A stretch of 64,000 nt of DNA from the human T2T-CHM13v2.0 reference genome, Homo sapiens, in the NCBI RefSeq assembly GCF_009914755.1, contig NC_060926.1, one strand, 5' to 3'. Of the stretch, positions 1-13,443 are shown piece by piece; the first letter of the stretch is position 1; each line of letters starts with the position of its first letter. The notes beneath the pieces are model-generated. The model was not told the DNA's origin. It searched no databases and was given only the letters and a program-made list of their open reading frames with translations. The position numbers and the translations under genes were made by a program.

Positions 1-1569
1 GACAGCTAATATTAGAACATTGAATTATTAATTTTCAAATGTGCAATAAAAAAGCAGAATAAACATAAACTGAGATGTGTTTTACGTAAGGGTTACATTG
101 CTTACTTATTCTATTTAAGAAAAATACCAAAGGAAACCGATGAATTAAAAATCTTGTCAACACTGCTGATGAATTCTTTTACTCATTACTTTACATGCCA
201 TTTTAAAATATGAAGCACAAATAACATTATGTATTACCTGATAATAAATGTGATTATTGAGCATTAAAGATATATATTATCCATATTACAAATCATCTTT
301 GTGTGGTTGCTAGTATGATAGTGAATTACAGAGCCATAATAATAGTGAGAAACATCTGTGGCCTTAAAGGATTCACCTCTAATCCTCTCAGGATTATTTT
401 ACTGAGAGAGGCAAACTATTTCTTCAGAATAGCTTTGAGTTATTTTTTAGCAATTTTTTTTATCATGACAGTTATTTCTGTTACCTCACAGTCTAATGCT
501 CAGAGAGGTCCCAGTCTTCTTCAAATGTATAGTGTTGGTGAAGTTTCAGTCCTAAAATAAGGACAGACTCTCTACAGTTCCATTGCACTAGGGGCCATTG
601 CTGATTGTTCTGTCAAATAGCGCCTCATAAACATCCCCTAGACTCTTGAGCCTTCAAAGCCTTAACACTTGATTCCTAAATATGAAAATATTTCCATAGC
701 GTTGGCATCATAGGCACTCAAGCAATGCAGAACAGAGCCACTGCTCAGAGCACAGGGACAGTTAGAGGAGATGGAGAGGAGGCTGTAAGGCAAACAGACT
801 GGTGGATAATTTTAGGACATAATTCCCTGGTGGGAGAAATAAAGCTCTCATTCATCCCAGAGTTCACAAGGATTTAATCCAGATATAAGGTGAATTCACT
901 TCCATCAAAAAATGTATTCCCTTATTATGACATTTTCTACTTAGGTAGAAGGATCAGAGAGTATGAAAAAGAGGGAGTTTCACAGTAGAAAGACTTTTTT
1001 TTCTTTTCACTGGAGCAAGACCCCAAACAGGAAATGATATGATTTATACCTCATCTAATTTAGACAAGAATGATTTGAGCCATAAATGCATTTGTGATAA
1101 TAATATTTAAGGCAATGATGTTTAGTCACTAGTTTTACACACCACCATTGCCACATGTGCCCTCACTGAGGGTTCTGTGTAAGCTGTCATAAGACTTATT
1201 AATAAATTATAATATGCTATTTAATAATTAAAACATATGTTTTATATGTTAGAATACCCATCATCAAGTAACAAATTTCCTAATAAGCCAACTCACAAAT
1301 GAAACAAGAAGATCTGGTCTTTTGTTCTAGGTCCTTCTATTCCCATAAGTTCTGTAAAATAGATTTTATATATGTAACTATTTTTTTTGAGAGATTAAGT
1401 AACTTGCCCAATATTACATCACTAGTAAGAATTCAAATGCATTTCTGTGTTAATACAAATCTCATTTTTCAGGTAATACACCTCCTTCTTGAAAATATAC
1501 AATGTATTTTAGGCCATTAAAATGTCTGAGAACTTTTATGATATTGTATATATTTATATAACTAACTAA

Positions 1570-1710
1570 TAGAGTTCTCCCAACAGTCCTATGTGCTATG
1601 TACTATTATTATCTCACTTTTACTTGCATGAAGGCTGAGACATAAGAAGTTAAATACATTTCTGGTTACTAAAAGGGCTAGACTTTGGACTCAAGGTATT
1701 TGACTCTCTC
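1570..1710 (-). mobile_element. MIR SINE fragment
   Basis: tactattattatctcacttttac...ggctgagacataagaagttaa resembles the reverse complement of the MIR core. Confidence 0.65.
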
Positions 1711-2149
1711 AAACAAGGTGTTATATTACATTTGTGTAATGGAGTAGATTATGTTAATATAGGTATGTATAACCCAACACACTAAACCGAAAGTGTTGAA
1801 AAATTAGAAGCAAAAGAGACAAACAGGTTCTGTGACTCCTGGATTCATCAGGAAGAAGAGATTTGAGTTGCTTTCTTTAAACAGAGAAGAGTTGAGTCAG
1901 CTTTCTTTTAGAATGTGGTGGGTTCTCTCTACTTTTCTTATGCTTAATTTCCATTAATTGGCTCCCAACCTCTCCTCCTCTTCCTGGCCTTCCACAGAAT
2001 GGAGTCTATAAGTAGCCCAGAACACTGAGTGCTCCTGGAAAGACGTGCAGCCCTTCGTTACCCTCACGCTGATAGGCTCAACACAACTTTATGCCTTGAG
2101 ACCATGAGGATCAATCTACTCATGCTCTTTATTGATGTTTATGTCCGTT

Positions 2150-3160
2150 ACCATGATAAACCCAAATTCTAATTCCCTGCCTTCTATTCCACACATCTCT
2201 GTGTGTCTGCTCCTATTTCTACCCCTTCCTGACGCCTAAACACTCTTCCACCTTGCCCTCTTTGACTCATAGCAAGTCTTCCGTGCACCTCCCCATAGAT
2301 CAATCCTAATCTTCTTCTTTGAATATTCCCCTCACCTTATTGTTCTAAAAAAAATTCCCTTTATAATTCTCACCTGTAGGTACTTTCTTCTCTTCAGCTC
2401 TCTCAATTGGTGCCTGATTTTGCTCCCACTCTTCTCCTATTATTGAGTAGGAAGGTTGAGTACATGTTTTCCTTGCTCAACTACTACATCATTTTCCTCC
2501 GAGAAAACACCCAGCTTTCAGCTTCAAATCATCAGACAACCCCACCCACTCCTCCTCCAACTCGCAGCCCTTTACACAGATGTGCTGGGCCACTCTCATT
2601 GCTTAAAGGTTTAATTTCTAAGTTTGCTGATATTTTCTCCAGGAATACTCCTAACATAGTTCCTGAGGAATTTGATATCTGCAGATTCATAGATGATCTT
2701 TCTGATTCCCTGGCCTCTTCATTCCTTGGCCTCTGCCTTTCCTCAGACACTCACTCTCAAGGTAATACCCTAGACCTTACCGTTACTAGTAACTCAATTT
2801 CTTCCAGAATATCATTTTAAGCCTTTCACTCTTGCAGAACCATGGCCTTTCCTTACAACTGGTTTCTCAGTATCAGCAGTGCCTCAGATATGCACACACA
2901 CATACATATTCCACTCTTTGTCTCACTTTATAGAGGCACAACCTCAGCTTCCTTCCTTTAATGCAGAGCTTCTCTTCCATTATCTATCATGTTCTGCTCA
3001 TCTTATCACAGCAGTTTCCATGCAGTATTATACAATAGCCTGTTTATATTCCCAACTATACTTACTTTCCTTAAGAGAAGGGGGCATTCCTGTATTGTTC
3101 ATTCTTGAATCTCTACAATCACAGTTTGCAGTCCATACAGTAATAATTAATGAAACTTTT
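2150..3160 (+). mobile_element. L2 LINE remnant with endonuclease-domain fossil and 3' end
   Basis: The C-terminus of ORF 2407-2820 (EFDICRFIDDLSDSLASSFLGL...THSQGNTLDLTVT) resembles the L2 APE motif GDFNIHxDD...THxxGHTLDLVIT. 3040-3160 resembles the L2 3' terminus. Confidence 0.7.
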
Positions 3161-3819
3161 TTGGGTTCACAGATTTCAAGAACACTTTTGCTTTAGATTG
3201 GCAACTTTGTGATTTTTGATAGTCATATGGATTATAGTTTCACAGTAAGAGGATCGAAGGGAAAAAGCCATAAATTATTCAGAGAAGAGAAGAAACTGTT
3301 CCCTTTATATGTATATGGCTTGAGGCATGAACCAAGGATGTTTTTCTGGCACTTAGTGTTTATAGAGAGGTGAGGAGAATATGGGCCAAGGACCTTATGG
3401 AGAGATGATACTCCCCTTTTCTGCCTAAACAAAACAACCCTAAGTATATGTATCTATACCTCTTAAAGGCAAATTGAACCAATATCTAGCCGCTGGAAAC
3501 AATCATCTTGGTACTTTTACTTTGGAAATTCAGTTAGTTATCCATGAGTTTGTTCATCTAGTTATTCAAATTCATTTTCAGCATGTATTCACTCCTTACT
3601 TATCAATACCACCCTTCTCCCACCCCTAACTTATTTCCATGGTCTCATGGTAAGCAGAATGTACTTTCCCAATCTTTGACTTGTTTTGAAAAATTAGATA
3701 ATCGGCGAATGTATGGGAGCCTTGAGACCGGGCTTGCATTGTTGGGCTTGTATTCTTACCCCTCTGCATTTTGGTAGGAAAAAAACATGTTTTAAGTATA
3801 TATATACTTTTGGTCCAAA

Positions 3820-4001
3820 GAGGATCAGAGACATGTGGAACAGAGCTGAGCCAAACATACCCTTGAAACCAAATCACACCAAGTCTAGCCAAGATCAGCC
3901 CAACCATAAAGACCTGTAGGCTGTGCCTGAGAAATAGCTGTCATAAGACATTGTGTTTGGGGATGGTTTTAATACACAATTATTGTTAAGAGAACTAACT
4001 G
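3820..4001 (+). mobile_element. MLT1-family (MaLR) LTR 3' fragment
   Basis: gagacatgtggaacagagctgagcc...ctagccaagatcagccc...tgtgtttggggatggttt...aactaactg resembles old MLT1 ends. Confidence 0.55.
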
Positions 4002-4854
4002 CCCTTTTTCCCTCTCTCCTTCTCAAAAATTTTGAAAAGAATTGGGGCTTGGTCAGAGAAGGAATTTTATTACTTCTATGTTCCTAATGTATACCCTAAA
4101 AGTAGTACTGTCCTTATTGCTATACAACTACAAAATGGGAAAATATTGGGATAAGACACCTATTGAGTCTTTAGTTTGTGTACAAGCCTATTAGATATTC
4201 CTTCTGTGAAATTATAATCTGTACATAGGTTAAAACAGCCAATGAGGCTTCCACTTCAAATAGAGACTCAAATTATTCCACTTGTCACCAAACTCCACAT
4301 GGATCCTTTGGAACTGGAGATCAAGGGAGTGAAAACACTCAGTTGGGACTTATAAACATTGCCAGTTCCTGAAGCTGCTTGCTACACTCTGGGAGTTCAG
4401 GAATATTTCAGGATAATAGCTAACTGCATAGAAATCTAAAGGTAAAGACTAAACTCCTCTGGAACATCATGCAGTCTTTGCAAGGGCAGCCTATCATGTA
4501 TTTCCTCAAACACATTTGGTACAACTTTCTTGAAGCCGTGCAACCTTTGGCCATGCAAAGCAGGATGTTATTATTTTTTTTTTTTTTGTATCTGCTGCCA
4601 GAGGCCTGGAAGACCAACAGCCTTAAAGGAAGTGTAAACATTTTTTATTTAGCTAAATAAAGTGTGAACTAAAGTTGCTATATTAAAGATAGAGCCAAGA
4701 TAGGCACACATACAAAAACACCCAGCCATCCTCTGGTGCTCTGAGCTTGAAAGCTTAGAAGACTTAAGTTGACAATTGCATCAGCCTGTCTTATTGTACC
4801 ATATAAGGCATACATTAGTGGAATTTACCGTTGCTGTGTGACTATTGTATTTTT

Positions 4855-5280
4855 AAATAGCAAACACACATTTACATAGCTCTTGTTCTATGTGAGATAC
4901 TGTTCTAAGCATTTTATTAAGATAAATTCCTTTTCAAAACTGCTCTATAATATCCACCCAACAACAATTAAATATGCATTCTATCAAGCGTACATAAAAC
5001 ATTCTCCAGAATGGATCACATGTGAGGCCCCCAAACAAGTTTTAATACATTTAAGGAAGTCAAAGTAATATCACATATCTTTTTCAGTCACAATGGTAAA
5101 AAGCTAGACATTAATAACAGGAGGAATCTTGGAAACTTCAAAATAACACCAAGGGAAGTAATCTTATTATCCTCATGTAACTTATGATGTAACTGAGATC
5201 CAAAGAACTTAAGTGATTTGCCCAACATCATGCAGTAAATGGTGAAAGCAAGATTTGATTCCACAATCTGTATTCAAGAA
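4855..5280 (-). mobile_element. MIR interrupted by an L1 fragment
   Basis: The MIR tail (actgttctaagcatttta) at 4855-4940 continues colinearly at 5145-5280 (ttattatcctcat...aactgagatcc...aagtgatttgcccaa). Confidence 0.7.
4943..5143 (+). mobile_element. Internal L1M ORF2 fragment (end of endonuclease domain)
   Basis: ccacccaacaaca...acattctccagaatggatcacatg...cacaatggtaaaaagctagacattaataacaggagg matches L1 ORF2 HPTT..YTFFS.HGTFSRIDH..SDHNG.KLEIN. Confidence 0.8.
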
Positions 5281-5552
5281 ACTGAAAATCTTTGCACAAT
5301 ATATCAATGCAAAAATAAAGCTGTAATTTTTTAAATGTGATTTACTTCAGAATTATGATTTTAGGTCTCACTGTGTACACAGCTTGGTAAAAACAAAATA
5401 ATTAAAATGTTAGGATTATTTTATCCATCTTCATTGATTATTCAGTCTTATTTAAGCCTAATTAGAGAAACCATTTACCTTTTACCATGCATATCTTAGT
5501 TACCTATTATGCATTCATCATACACATATAGAATGCTTTCATGTATGAAGAG

Positions 5553-5603
5553 GAGTTAGTGTAAGGCAGGGGAGAGAAGAAGAGTTAGTGTAAAGCAGGG
5601 GAG
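5553..5603. repeat. 29-bp-period tandem duplication
   Basis: gagttagtgtaaggcaggggag (5553) and gagttagtgtaaagcaggggag (5582). Confidence 0.85.
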
Positions 5604-6005
5604 TAAAGAGGAAAAAATGCTACTCCAATTAAGAAAACTAAATTATACAATTGTTATTTTAAAAATAGATCAATTTTTAACTACTATAAAGTCACATGGA
5701 AGATGGGAGACAAGATGAATTCAGTTAGGCTTTAGCAATAATTGCTATTATCTTCAGGTCATTTTGGAGGCTTAGCTCTATATAGTACAAGAGCATCCTG
5801 TAAGTAATCCATTTATAGGTGGTGGAACATTCAGTATTTCAGAAGTTTTAACTATTTGTCACATGATAGGTAGTTCAAAGAAAAAGCTACATAGTTTGGA
5901 ATATTCCGGATGTATTTATTTCTTTGAGGTCTGATCTCCTATCCCATATTGGATGAATAGATAGCTATTAAAATGCCATGATGATTTGAGGAATGTCAGA
6001 AAACA

Positions 6006-6230
6006 ATAATTAATAGCTAAGATTTATTGAAAGCTATTTTGTGCTGAGCACTGTTGCCAGCATGTTGCCTGTATTTTCTCACTCTTTACAACCACCCAAC
6101 AAGGTAAGTGCTGTTATTATTGTACCCATTTTATAGGTAAGAAGGTTGAGGTCAGATGGAAGATAACATGATCCTACAGTTAGTAAGGATATATACCCAA
6201 CCAATCTTGTTCCAGAAACTGTGGTATTAA
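6006..6230 (-). mobile_element. MIR SINE
   Basis: taatagctaagatttattga...cactgttgcc...cccattttataggtaagaaggttgagg. Confidence 0.8.
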
Positions 6231-7721
6231 GCTTTTCCTTCCTTGTTCCTTTCCCCAAACTTTTTTAACCCCCTGTTCCTTGCTAGAGGAGCTTCATTTT
6301 TCAGTGACATTGCTTTAAAACTATGGCAGAGAGGTCTATGTGAGATGCAAATATTTCAGCTGGGAGAAGGATGAATAAGAAGCGGGGCATGCTATAGTAG
6401 AGGACTGACTTGGTATAAGGCACCAGGGCCACCAGAACCATGGAGCAGGTAGAAAAATCATGGTAAACCCAGGGCCCAGCTGAGAAAGAAATGAAGCACA
6501 AATGAGAACAATTGATAAAGGCAACTCTATCTATAATTCCTTCCATGCTGTCCTTAACAGCACTGAAGTCCTTTCAGGCAATATGCTTTGGCTTAACTGG
6601 GTTCTAAGCCACAGTTCTCAGCTAGTCTGGTAGTTGATTGTAGCCTCATCTCTATTACCTGAGGTGGACAGGAGTTTTCAGCCCTTAGCACATTAGTTAC
6701 ACCTGTGGGGAATTCAGGACACCTGTCAGCCAAGGGAACTGGTTGTTCACCTGAAACTACTCTCTGACCAGGCTTACACATTCTTTATGACACTACATTT
6801 CCCCCGATTCACAACCATATTCCAGCAAGCTCGTCCCTGTGGAAATGAAGCATTGCTTTGAACACTACATTGCTTATTTGAGCCAGACATCTTTCAAAGA
6901 GTAACATTGTCTTTGTTTGCTGTCTCATCTCTTTGCACAGCTAAGCAGCTACCAGAAATCTGCTCCGATCTTCCTCCAAACAAACCACCTCAAAACATGA
7001 GATCACCTCACACCTAAAATTCTGAGCACTGCTACTACTTAACAAATATTATTGTCTTGCTTTACCTACCAGATCACTCCCCTTGGAAAATAAACTACCT
7101 AGCATGTCATCTGGGTTCTTCAAGAATATCTGAACATGTGTTACAGGGAACGGCCATGTGGGTTGTCCTATTTTCTGGATACTGATTGCTCTATTCCATT
7201 TTCATTTCCCATACCTCTCCTAGGCCTTTGTTTGGGTCACAGAATATCTTGAATGCAGAGCTCACACAGGTTGTGATAGGCTTTACTTCTATCACTAACT
7301 GGAAACAAAGAAAATCTACACTGAAGGAAACCTTTTCAAGTCGAACTTCTGTCAAGCAATTGGAGGAGCATGTGGTTTTGTGGTAAGATTTGTCAGAGAG
7401 AGTTGTGGAAGTGGCTAAGTGTTGCAAGTGGTAAATGACTACTTCAATGCCCACATACTGTGTGAGTGGTGCCTGCTCTTTACCCCATCAGTTTCTGATC
7501 TCCGCTGAAGCTCAGAAAGAGATCGTCACTTGTTAAACACAACCATATCACAAGCCATTTTTAATGTTTTAAAAATTTATTGCTACATGTGGAATAAATA
7601 TGCCATGAGCTATTAAAAACTTTAATTTTCCATTAAAAAGTATTGAAGAAAAGCTTATTCATTTGACCAGCCCAGAAATTTTTAGTATAGGATCTCAAGT
7701 GCAATTATTCTTTCTCTTACA

Positions 7722-8232
7722 GGTGCATTCAATAAATATGGACCAGTTCTGTGCTAGGAGTTTAGGATACATGTTGGTTTATAGTCTAGCTGGGACAAAA
7801 AAAAAAAAAAAAACACAGAGTAAGTTTTCTGATAAGCAAGTTAAATCACACATGACAAGCAGGCAGAGGAGAAAACCTGTGTGAGAAAGTCTGGCAAATC
7901 GGAACAATTGAAAGAAATTCAATATGGCGGTGGAAGAGTGGCAAGTGATGACATGATGATCCGAGAGAGAGAGAGAGAGAGAGGTCAGATGACACAAGTC
8001 CATAATAAGCTCTAAATATTTTCCTTGTCATTAAGAAATTATTGTAAGACTTCAAGCAGTAGCATGAAATTATAACATTTATGTTTATTTTCAAAGGATT
8101 ATACTGGTTTCAGTAAGAGAATAAACAGGAGAAATTAGGAGACAGATATGGTAGTTTTGATTAGGTTAGTGACAGGGGGTAGAGAGAGAGTTAAATAGTG
8201 TGAACTGGAAAATTGGACAGAATTGGCAACTG
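7722..8232 (-). mobile_element. L2 fragment, containing an A-run and (GA)n
   Basis: cattcaataaatat...tgtgctagg is the reverse complement of the L2 3' end, followed by purine-rich L2 antisense-type sequence. Confidence 0.55.
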
Positions 8233-8259
8233 TTCAGGAAGTTAAATATCTTAAATACA

Positions 8260-8760
8260 ATAGCTCTCCATTCTCATTATCTGACTAAACATACCTCACC
8301 AGCTTCAGCTAAAAGCCATGTGCCCCCTCACTCTTTATGCTTCAACCACAATGACCTACAGTTCCTCAACCTCAAAAACCCTTTGCTATGTCTTTTTTAA
8401 TACATACTCCTTTTGGCTAAGAATGCCCTCTCCACTGGTCCCTACAATTTCAGGTCTTCCTTCAGGACCTATCCTGAGCCCCTAATCTAGGGGCTGTTAT
8501 ATCTAGGGGCTCTTCCTGTTATGTATTCCCATTGCCTACTGCTTTCTTTTTTGGGGTGGTGGTGGGGTGGTGGGGAGGGTAGTAGTCCCTTCAATCACAC
8601 TAGAATACTTTGGTATGAGGTGGAATAATCTCTCTTTTATTATAGTAGGGACTTTGACTAACTTTCTCTTTGCTGTATTCCCATTGCCAGGACACTGCCT
8701 ACACATACTAGGCACTCAATATATATTTGCTAAAAAAATTAGCAGACTCAGATGATGAAT
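8260..8760 (+). mobile_element. L2 3' portion
   Basis: Ends tgtattcccattgccaggacactgcctacacatactaggcactcaatatatatttg, the L2a/b terminus. Confidence 0.7.
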
Positions 8761-8924
8761 CTTACTAAGTCTGCCTTAAAAATATGCACATCCTTGTAGA
8801 GTCAGTATGACTAAAATATTTAGTCTCCTTAGGTTTCTGCTGGAAACCCAACGATGACTATCTACTGCTTATAGGTGACACTTATGACCACCAAATTGGT
8901 AGCATAGACAATTCGGTCTAATTC

Positions 8925-9075
8925 CAGTGGTATACACAGTACCATAATTTGGGTAGCTTTTAAGAGTACTGATGCCCACCTCCTATACTAGAACAATTGA
9001 ATCAGAATCTCTGAGGTTTGAGGTAGGCACTGGTATTTTTAGATTATCCAAATGACTAAAATATGCATGAGAGAT
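8925..9075. mobile_element. MER5-family (hAT-Charlie) DNA transposon
   Basis: tactgatgcccacc...aattgaatcagaatctctgaggt...ggtattttt. Confidence 0.6.
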
Positions 9076-9920
9076 TATTACAGTGTGATGTTTACTCAGC
9101 TCTACCAGCTAAAATACCGTAGATGTACAGATCTGATGTTCAAATACGTTTCTATAGTCTATTAAACTCACTAAACCAGGGACTGCATCATTATGAACTT
9201 TGCAATTCATTTGTTCAATTTCCCAGAAGCATTTATTGCGTACCTGTTATGTGCCATTTTTACATTAAGTGACAGAGATGCAGACATTTTTAGGACTGAG
9301 GGTCTTTAGAAATAGTATTTATTTCCTACCTGAAAAAAAGCTATGGCTCCCAGATCCATAAAATATCTGACTTGTATGTACAAAATCACTTGTTATCAAT
9401 ATTTTCATTGACTTGACTTTGAAAACCCTTGTTTTTATGTTTTATCTTCTAAATCAGTTATGCTCATGTTTATTTTTTCTGCTTACATATGTTCTGCCAC
9501 ATTTCCACTGAGCAGTAGAAGATACTACTTTTTAAATGTTATTACAGCTTTTTAAGGGTTATATTAGACATAGTCATGGAATAAAAGAATGTCTGCTAAG
9601 ATTCATCAGCCTGCTCCTATGAATTTTCTCCTTATTCATATTACAGTGGATGATACATATTAATTACTAGACACAGGTGTTTTACAGGAGGAAAAAATGT
9701 TTTATGCTTCTTCACAGAAACTGTGTCTATTAGAATGTGAAGAAGAAACAATTTACCATCATTTTGGATGTCTTTCTCGCACTGCTATGTAGAATTGAGA
9801 GGCACTTCCTCACCTTTCCCAATTATTTGCTTGTGATTTCACCCTGTTGGAGAAATTCTCAGGTCTGTTTATCATTCAAAATCTAAGTCTCATTTCTTCA
9901 AACCTTTTTTTCTTCTTTAG

Positions 9921-9981
9921 GTCATGTGGATTCGCTATATGGAATATGATTGAAGGATGATTATAATTACAGAAATTATAG
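9921..9981 (+). other. Candidate non-coding exon (61 nt)
   Basis: Long pyrimidine tract cctttttttcttctttag ending at 9920; weak donor TAG|gtacta at 9982. No transcript evidence. Confidence 0.2.
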
Positions 9982-10269
9982 GTACTAACTTTCCATATTT
10001 TTGGGCTTTATACAAATTTCTGCAAAGTTCCAGAGAATTGCCTTTACCAATGAATGTTTCCTAAAATGTGTTGTCTATTCATTATCTCTTCCTTTCTTCT
10101 CTACATCTACTATTAGTAAGAGTTCTAATATAAGAGTGCTGCAATGATGATATATAAATGACAACTCAATTGAACAAAACTATTCAATAAAATGAATTTG
10201 CATTTAAATATCATATTTTAAGAGATAAAAAAGTTTATGATAATAAAATGGGAATGCAGTCTACTACAG

Positions 10270-10395
10270 GGAAAATAACTAGGACTTAGAATCTGTAACA
10301 ACCAGAGACTGAATCCTGCCAATTACTTTATCAGAGGCTTTGGGCTAATTACCTCAACTTTCTTTCCTGAACCTCAGGTTAGTCATCTGTAAAAA
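10270..10395 (+). mobile_element. MIR fragment
   Basis: tttgggctaattacctcaac...tgaacctcaggttagtcatctgtaaaa. Confidence 0.6.
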
Positions 10396-10574
10396 AACAA
10401 AAATAAAAAAATTTTAATAACGACATGCAATATTTTCAATATGCAAAATTATAAGTTTAGGAAAAAATTGATTTGAATTGTTTAGGAAGATCTATTTTTC
10501 TACAATTGTGGTAAAACAATTTAAATAAGACAAGAGCATATGTATGACATAGGTGTAATAATGCATATCCCAAA

Positions 10575-10700
10575 AATTCATTTGAAAAATATTTGATGAA
10601 CCATTTGTATGTATAACACACTCTTCTTAAAATCTAGAGATATGACAGAGCAAGATATGGTCCCTGACTCATGGATCTTACATTAGTATTGGAAAGAAGC
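10575..10700 (-). mobile_element. L2 3' end fragment
   Basis: attcatttgaaaaatatttgatgaacc...atggtccctgactcatggatcttaca. Confidence 0.6.
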
Positions 10701-11207
10701 CTATTAAACTCTCCATCCTATCAGCTTCAATTTCAGCTATTAGCTTTACTTTCTACTGTCTTTTTCAAGTCAAGATCAAATGGAGAGCAAAGGGAGTGCA
10801 CCTTTCCTCTGCAGTTCCATCACTGTTCAACATAATCATCTCTACCTACATTTCAGAACAATTCTGAATATTAATAAGACAATGTCTATGAGATGAGCTC
10901 ATCTGGGAAAGCATAATATAAGTGTAAGCCATTATAATTTATTGCTTCTCAAATGTTATATAAGATATTCAACTGGATATGTTATTAATAAAAAATTATA
11001 ATAAAGAGAAATTTAGAATGAGAAAACATTTGGAATTCTTCATTACTTGATATGAATAGTCTATAATCTTTTTAAGTCATTCTGGCTTTATGAGGCACTT
11101 TGTCTATTGAGATAGATGGAGCATCTAGAAAGGAAAAACTTTGACATGCATTTTGAGGCTCTTTTGAAGCAAAAGAAGAACAGAAAGTCTTTTGAGGTTT
11201 TTGGATG

Positions 11208-11287
11208 TACTAGATTGAACCATATGTAATTACTGAGACAATATTTTTTGTTCTCCAAAATGACATTCCATATGATTCACTGTAGTT
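11208..11287. mobile_element. MADE2 mariner-type MITE (~80 bp)
   Basis: tactagattgaaccatatgtaatt...attccatatgattcactgtagt: decayed inverted termini matching the MADE2 TIR (ttaggttgaaccatatgaaattgcc), with the expected length. Confidence 0.75.
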
Positions 11288-13443
11288 TGTACTTTAAAAA
11301 TTGTTTCCTTGATTTGCCTTTTTGTTCATTGAGAAAAAATTATCGAGCCAACCTGATATTGTGTCATAAAGAATTTGTATTAGTTGTAAGAAATAACAAC
11401 TTACTTTTGTATTTGTTTTTTTCTTTTTCTATTTGGTTTATAGGTAAAGTTATTTTTATAAATTGGTGTGGATTCCCGAAATATATTATGAAACTATCCA
11501 TTTCTGAAAGGTGTTAACTTGAATATATCCTTAGTTCATAGTGTTCATGGATTTCATTCTAAGTTTATGTCAAAGTGTAGTATCTGAGAAGACCAAACCA
11601 AGGTAAGGAGGTCTGCTTGAGAAGAGAAGCTTCGCTGACCATCCTGTGAAGTCAGTGACAGAAAGTGCAAATTTCTTTAAAATATTTATGAATCTAAGTG
11701 CCATAACTATGGAAAGTTCACAATTGAAATTCTTACCATATCTGAATACAGTGACTAAAAGGAATAGATGATTTCAGGAGATTTTTCAAATTAGATGCTG
11801 GGTGTCAGAATTGAGTGGATCAGAACTCCAGTTAGCACGCTTAAATTCCAATTATATATATATTTTAAAACAAGGATATCCCTGGAACATGTAATAAGTA
11901 GTCCAGAAATTGGTGCAGCTAATTAGCAAGAGGTTGTGGTCTTCTCTTGAGACCACTGCCAAGAATGAGGACATAATCTTTGATTCTTCTGAGATACCTC
12001 ACAGAGAAGATAAATTAAGAGATAAAAAAGAGTTTTCTAGAATTTTTAGCTTATAGTTGAATAATAAGGACATTTTTATGACAACTGGAACTAAATTCTC
12101 AAAATTAACTTTTAAAGAAATTACTTCATGTTCTTTATCTTCGTAATAGCCATAGGAGATAAGACCACATATCACTATTTTATAGAGAGGACAATCATGA
12201 CTGAAAGGAAGATTTTTCCTGCAATTGACAGACTGCAAATAGCAAATTCAGATATTCATATTCTGTATATAAATATCAAACCTGGTGGTTATTACTGTCT
12301 ATCACATTTTATTTCTGTATTTCACAGCATTTGCTATAATGAGTACTTGGACATCAAAAATATTTTCTTATTCAACCACTATTCAAAATCTCATAAAAAG
12401 GAATAAAAAATTGTCTGCATCTTTCTTAATCTACTACCTCATAGTAAGATCACTATCTTTTCACTGCTTTTCCCTTTACCTATTTTACATGATCATTAAC
12501 CTAAGATTATCATACGAACTAAAGCCCTGTGTTGTCACAATAGAGAAATCTTTTGCTATTTTCTGTTTTCCTCTGTCGTTGCTTTTGCCATTTTACAGCA
12601 TTTCGTGTAAGGTGAAAGCCTTCCCTGTCTATACAGCGTCTTTCAAATTTTAATCAATATTGTGCACATTTAGTTCTTGGTACCATATTTAAAGAGGAGA
12701 GAATAAGGATAACCAAAATTTGTCCTGAATAAAGTAGGTCAGCTGATTAGAGGGACAGAAACAGTGTCATATAAAATTTGTCATTGTATCCCATATAACA
12801 CAGCACCTAGGAAAACTTAGCACTGGGAAGGAAACAAGAACTTAGCCCCTATGCTGGATCTGAGAAGGTCAATGGTACCTCCTTAAGTTCTGCCTATTCC
12901 CAGGGCCTTGGGTTCTCATGATTACCTTTGGATTGAATCCAGTCGTGAAATCTGTCAACTCTCATTTTCCTACACATGTCCATTCCCATAGTTTATCTCC
13001 ATTGTCTACCAGATGCTACAATCTAAGCATGGAATTTAGCCCCCTTTGCTGGATTTTCCTTTATACAATCCACATTGATCATTCATATATAAAGAAGCCT
13101 TTATTAAAGGTTTTGGAAGATGGTGGAGAGAAATATAAGTCACAAAAATGCAATATATATATATATATTTAAGTCTTTTGACTCCACACCAACACCACTG
13201 ACTACATTTCTTTATGAACTTTAGATTCTGACATTATTGCCATCTTCCCCCTCTCATTTTTCTCCTACTATTTTCCATCCCGAATTTCTCTTCCGACACA
13301 GGCAATATAACCTCTCTCTTTCTTCTCACAAACCATGACATTTGGGTATCACCTTCTGAATCAAAGTAATATGCATTCTCCCTCTAAAAGGCACCATGGT
13401 ACAATAACATGTTTTCATTGGCTATTTAAGTTTGGCCTACAAA

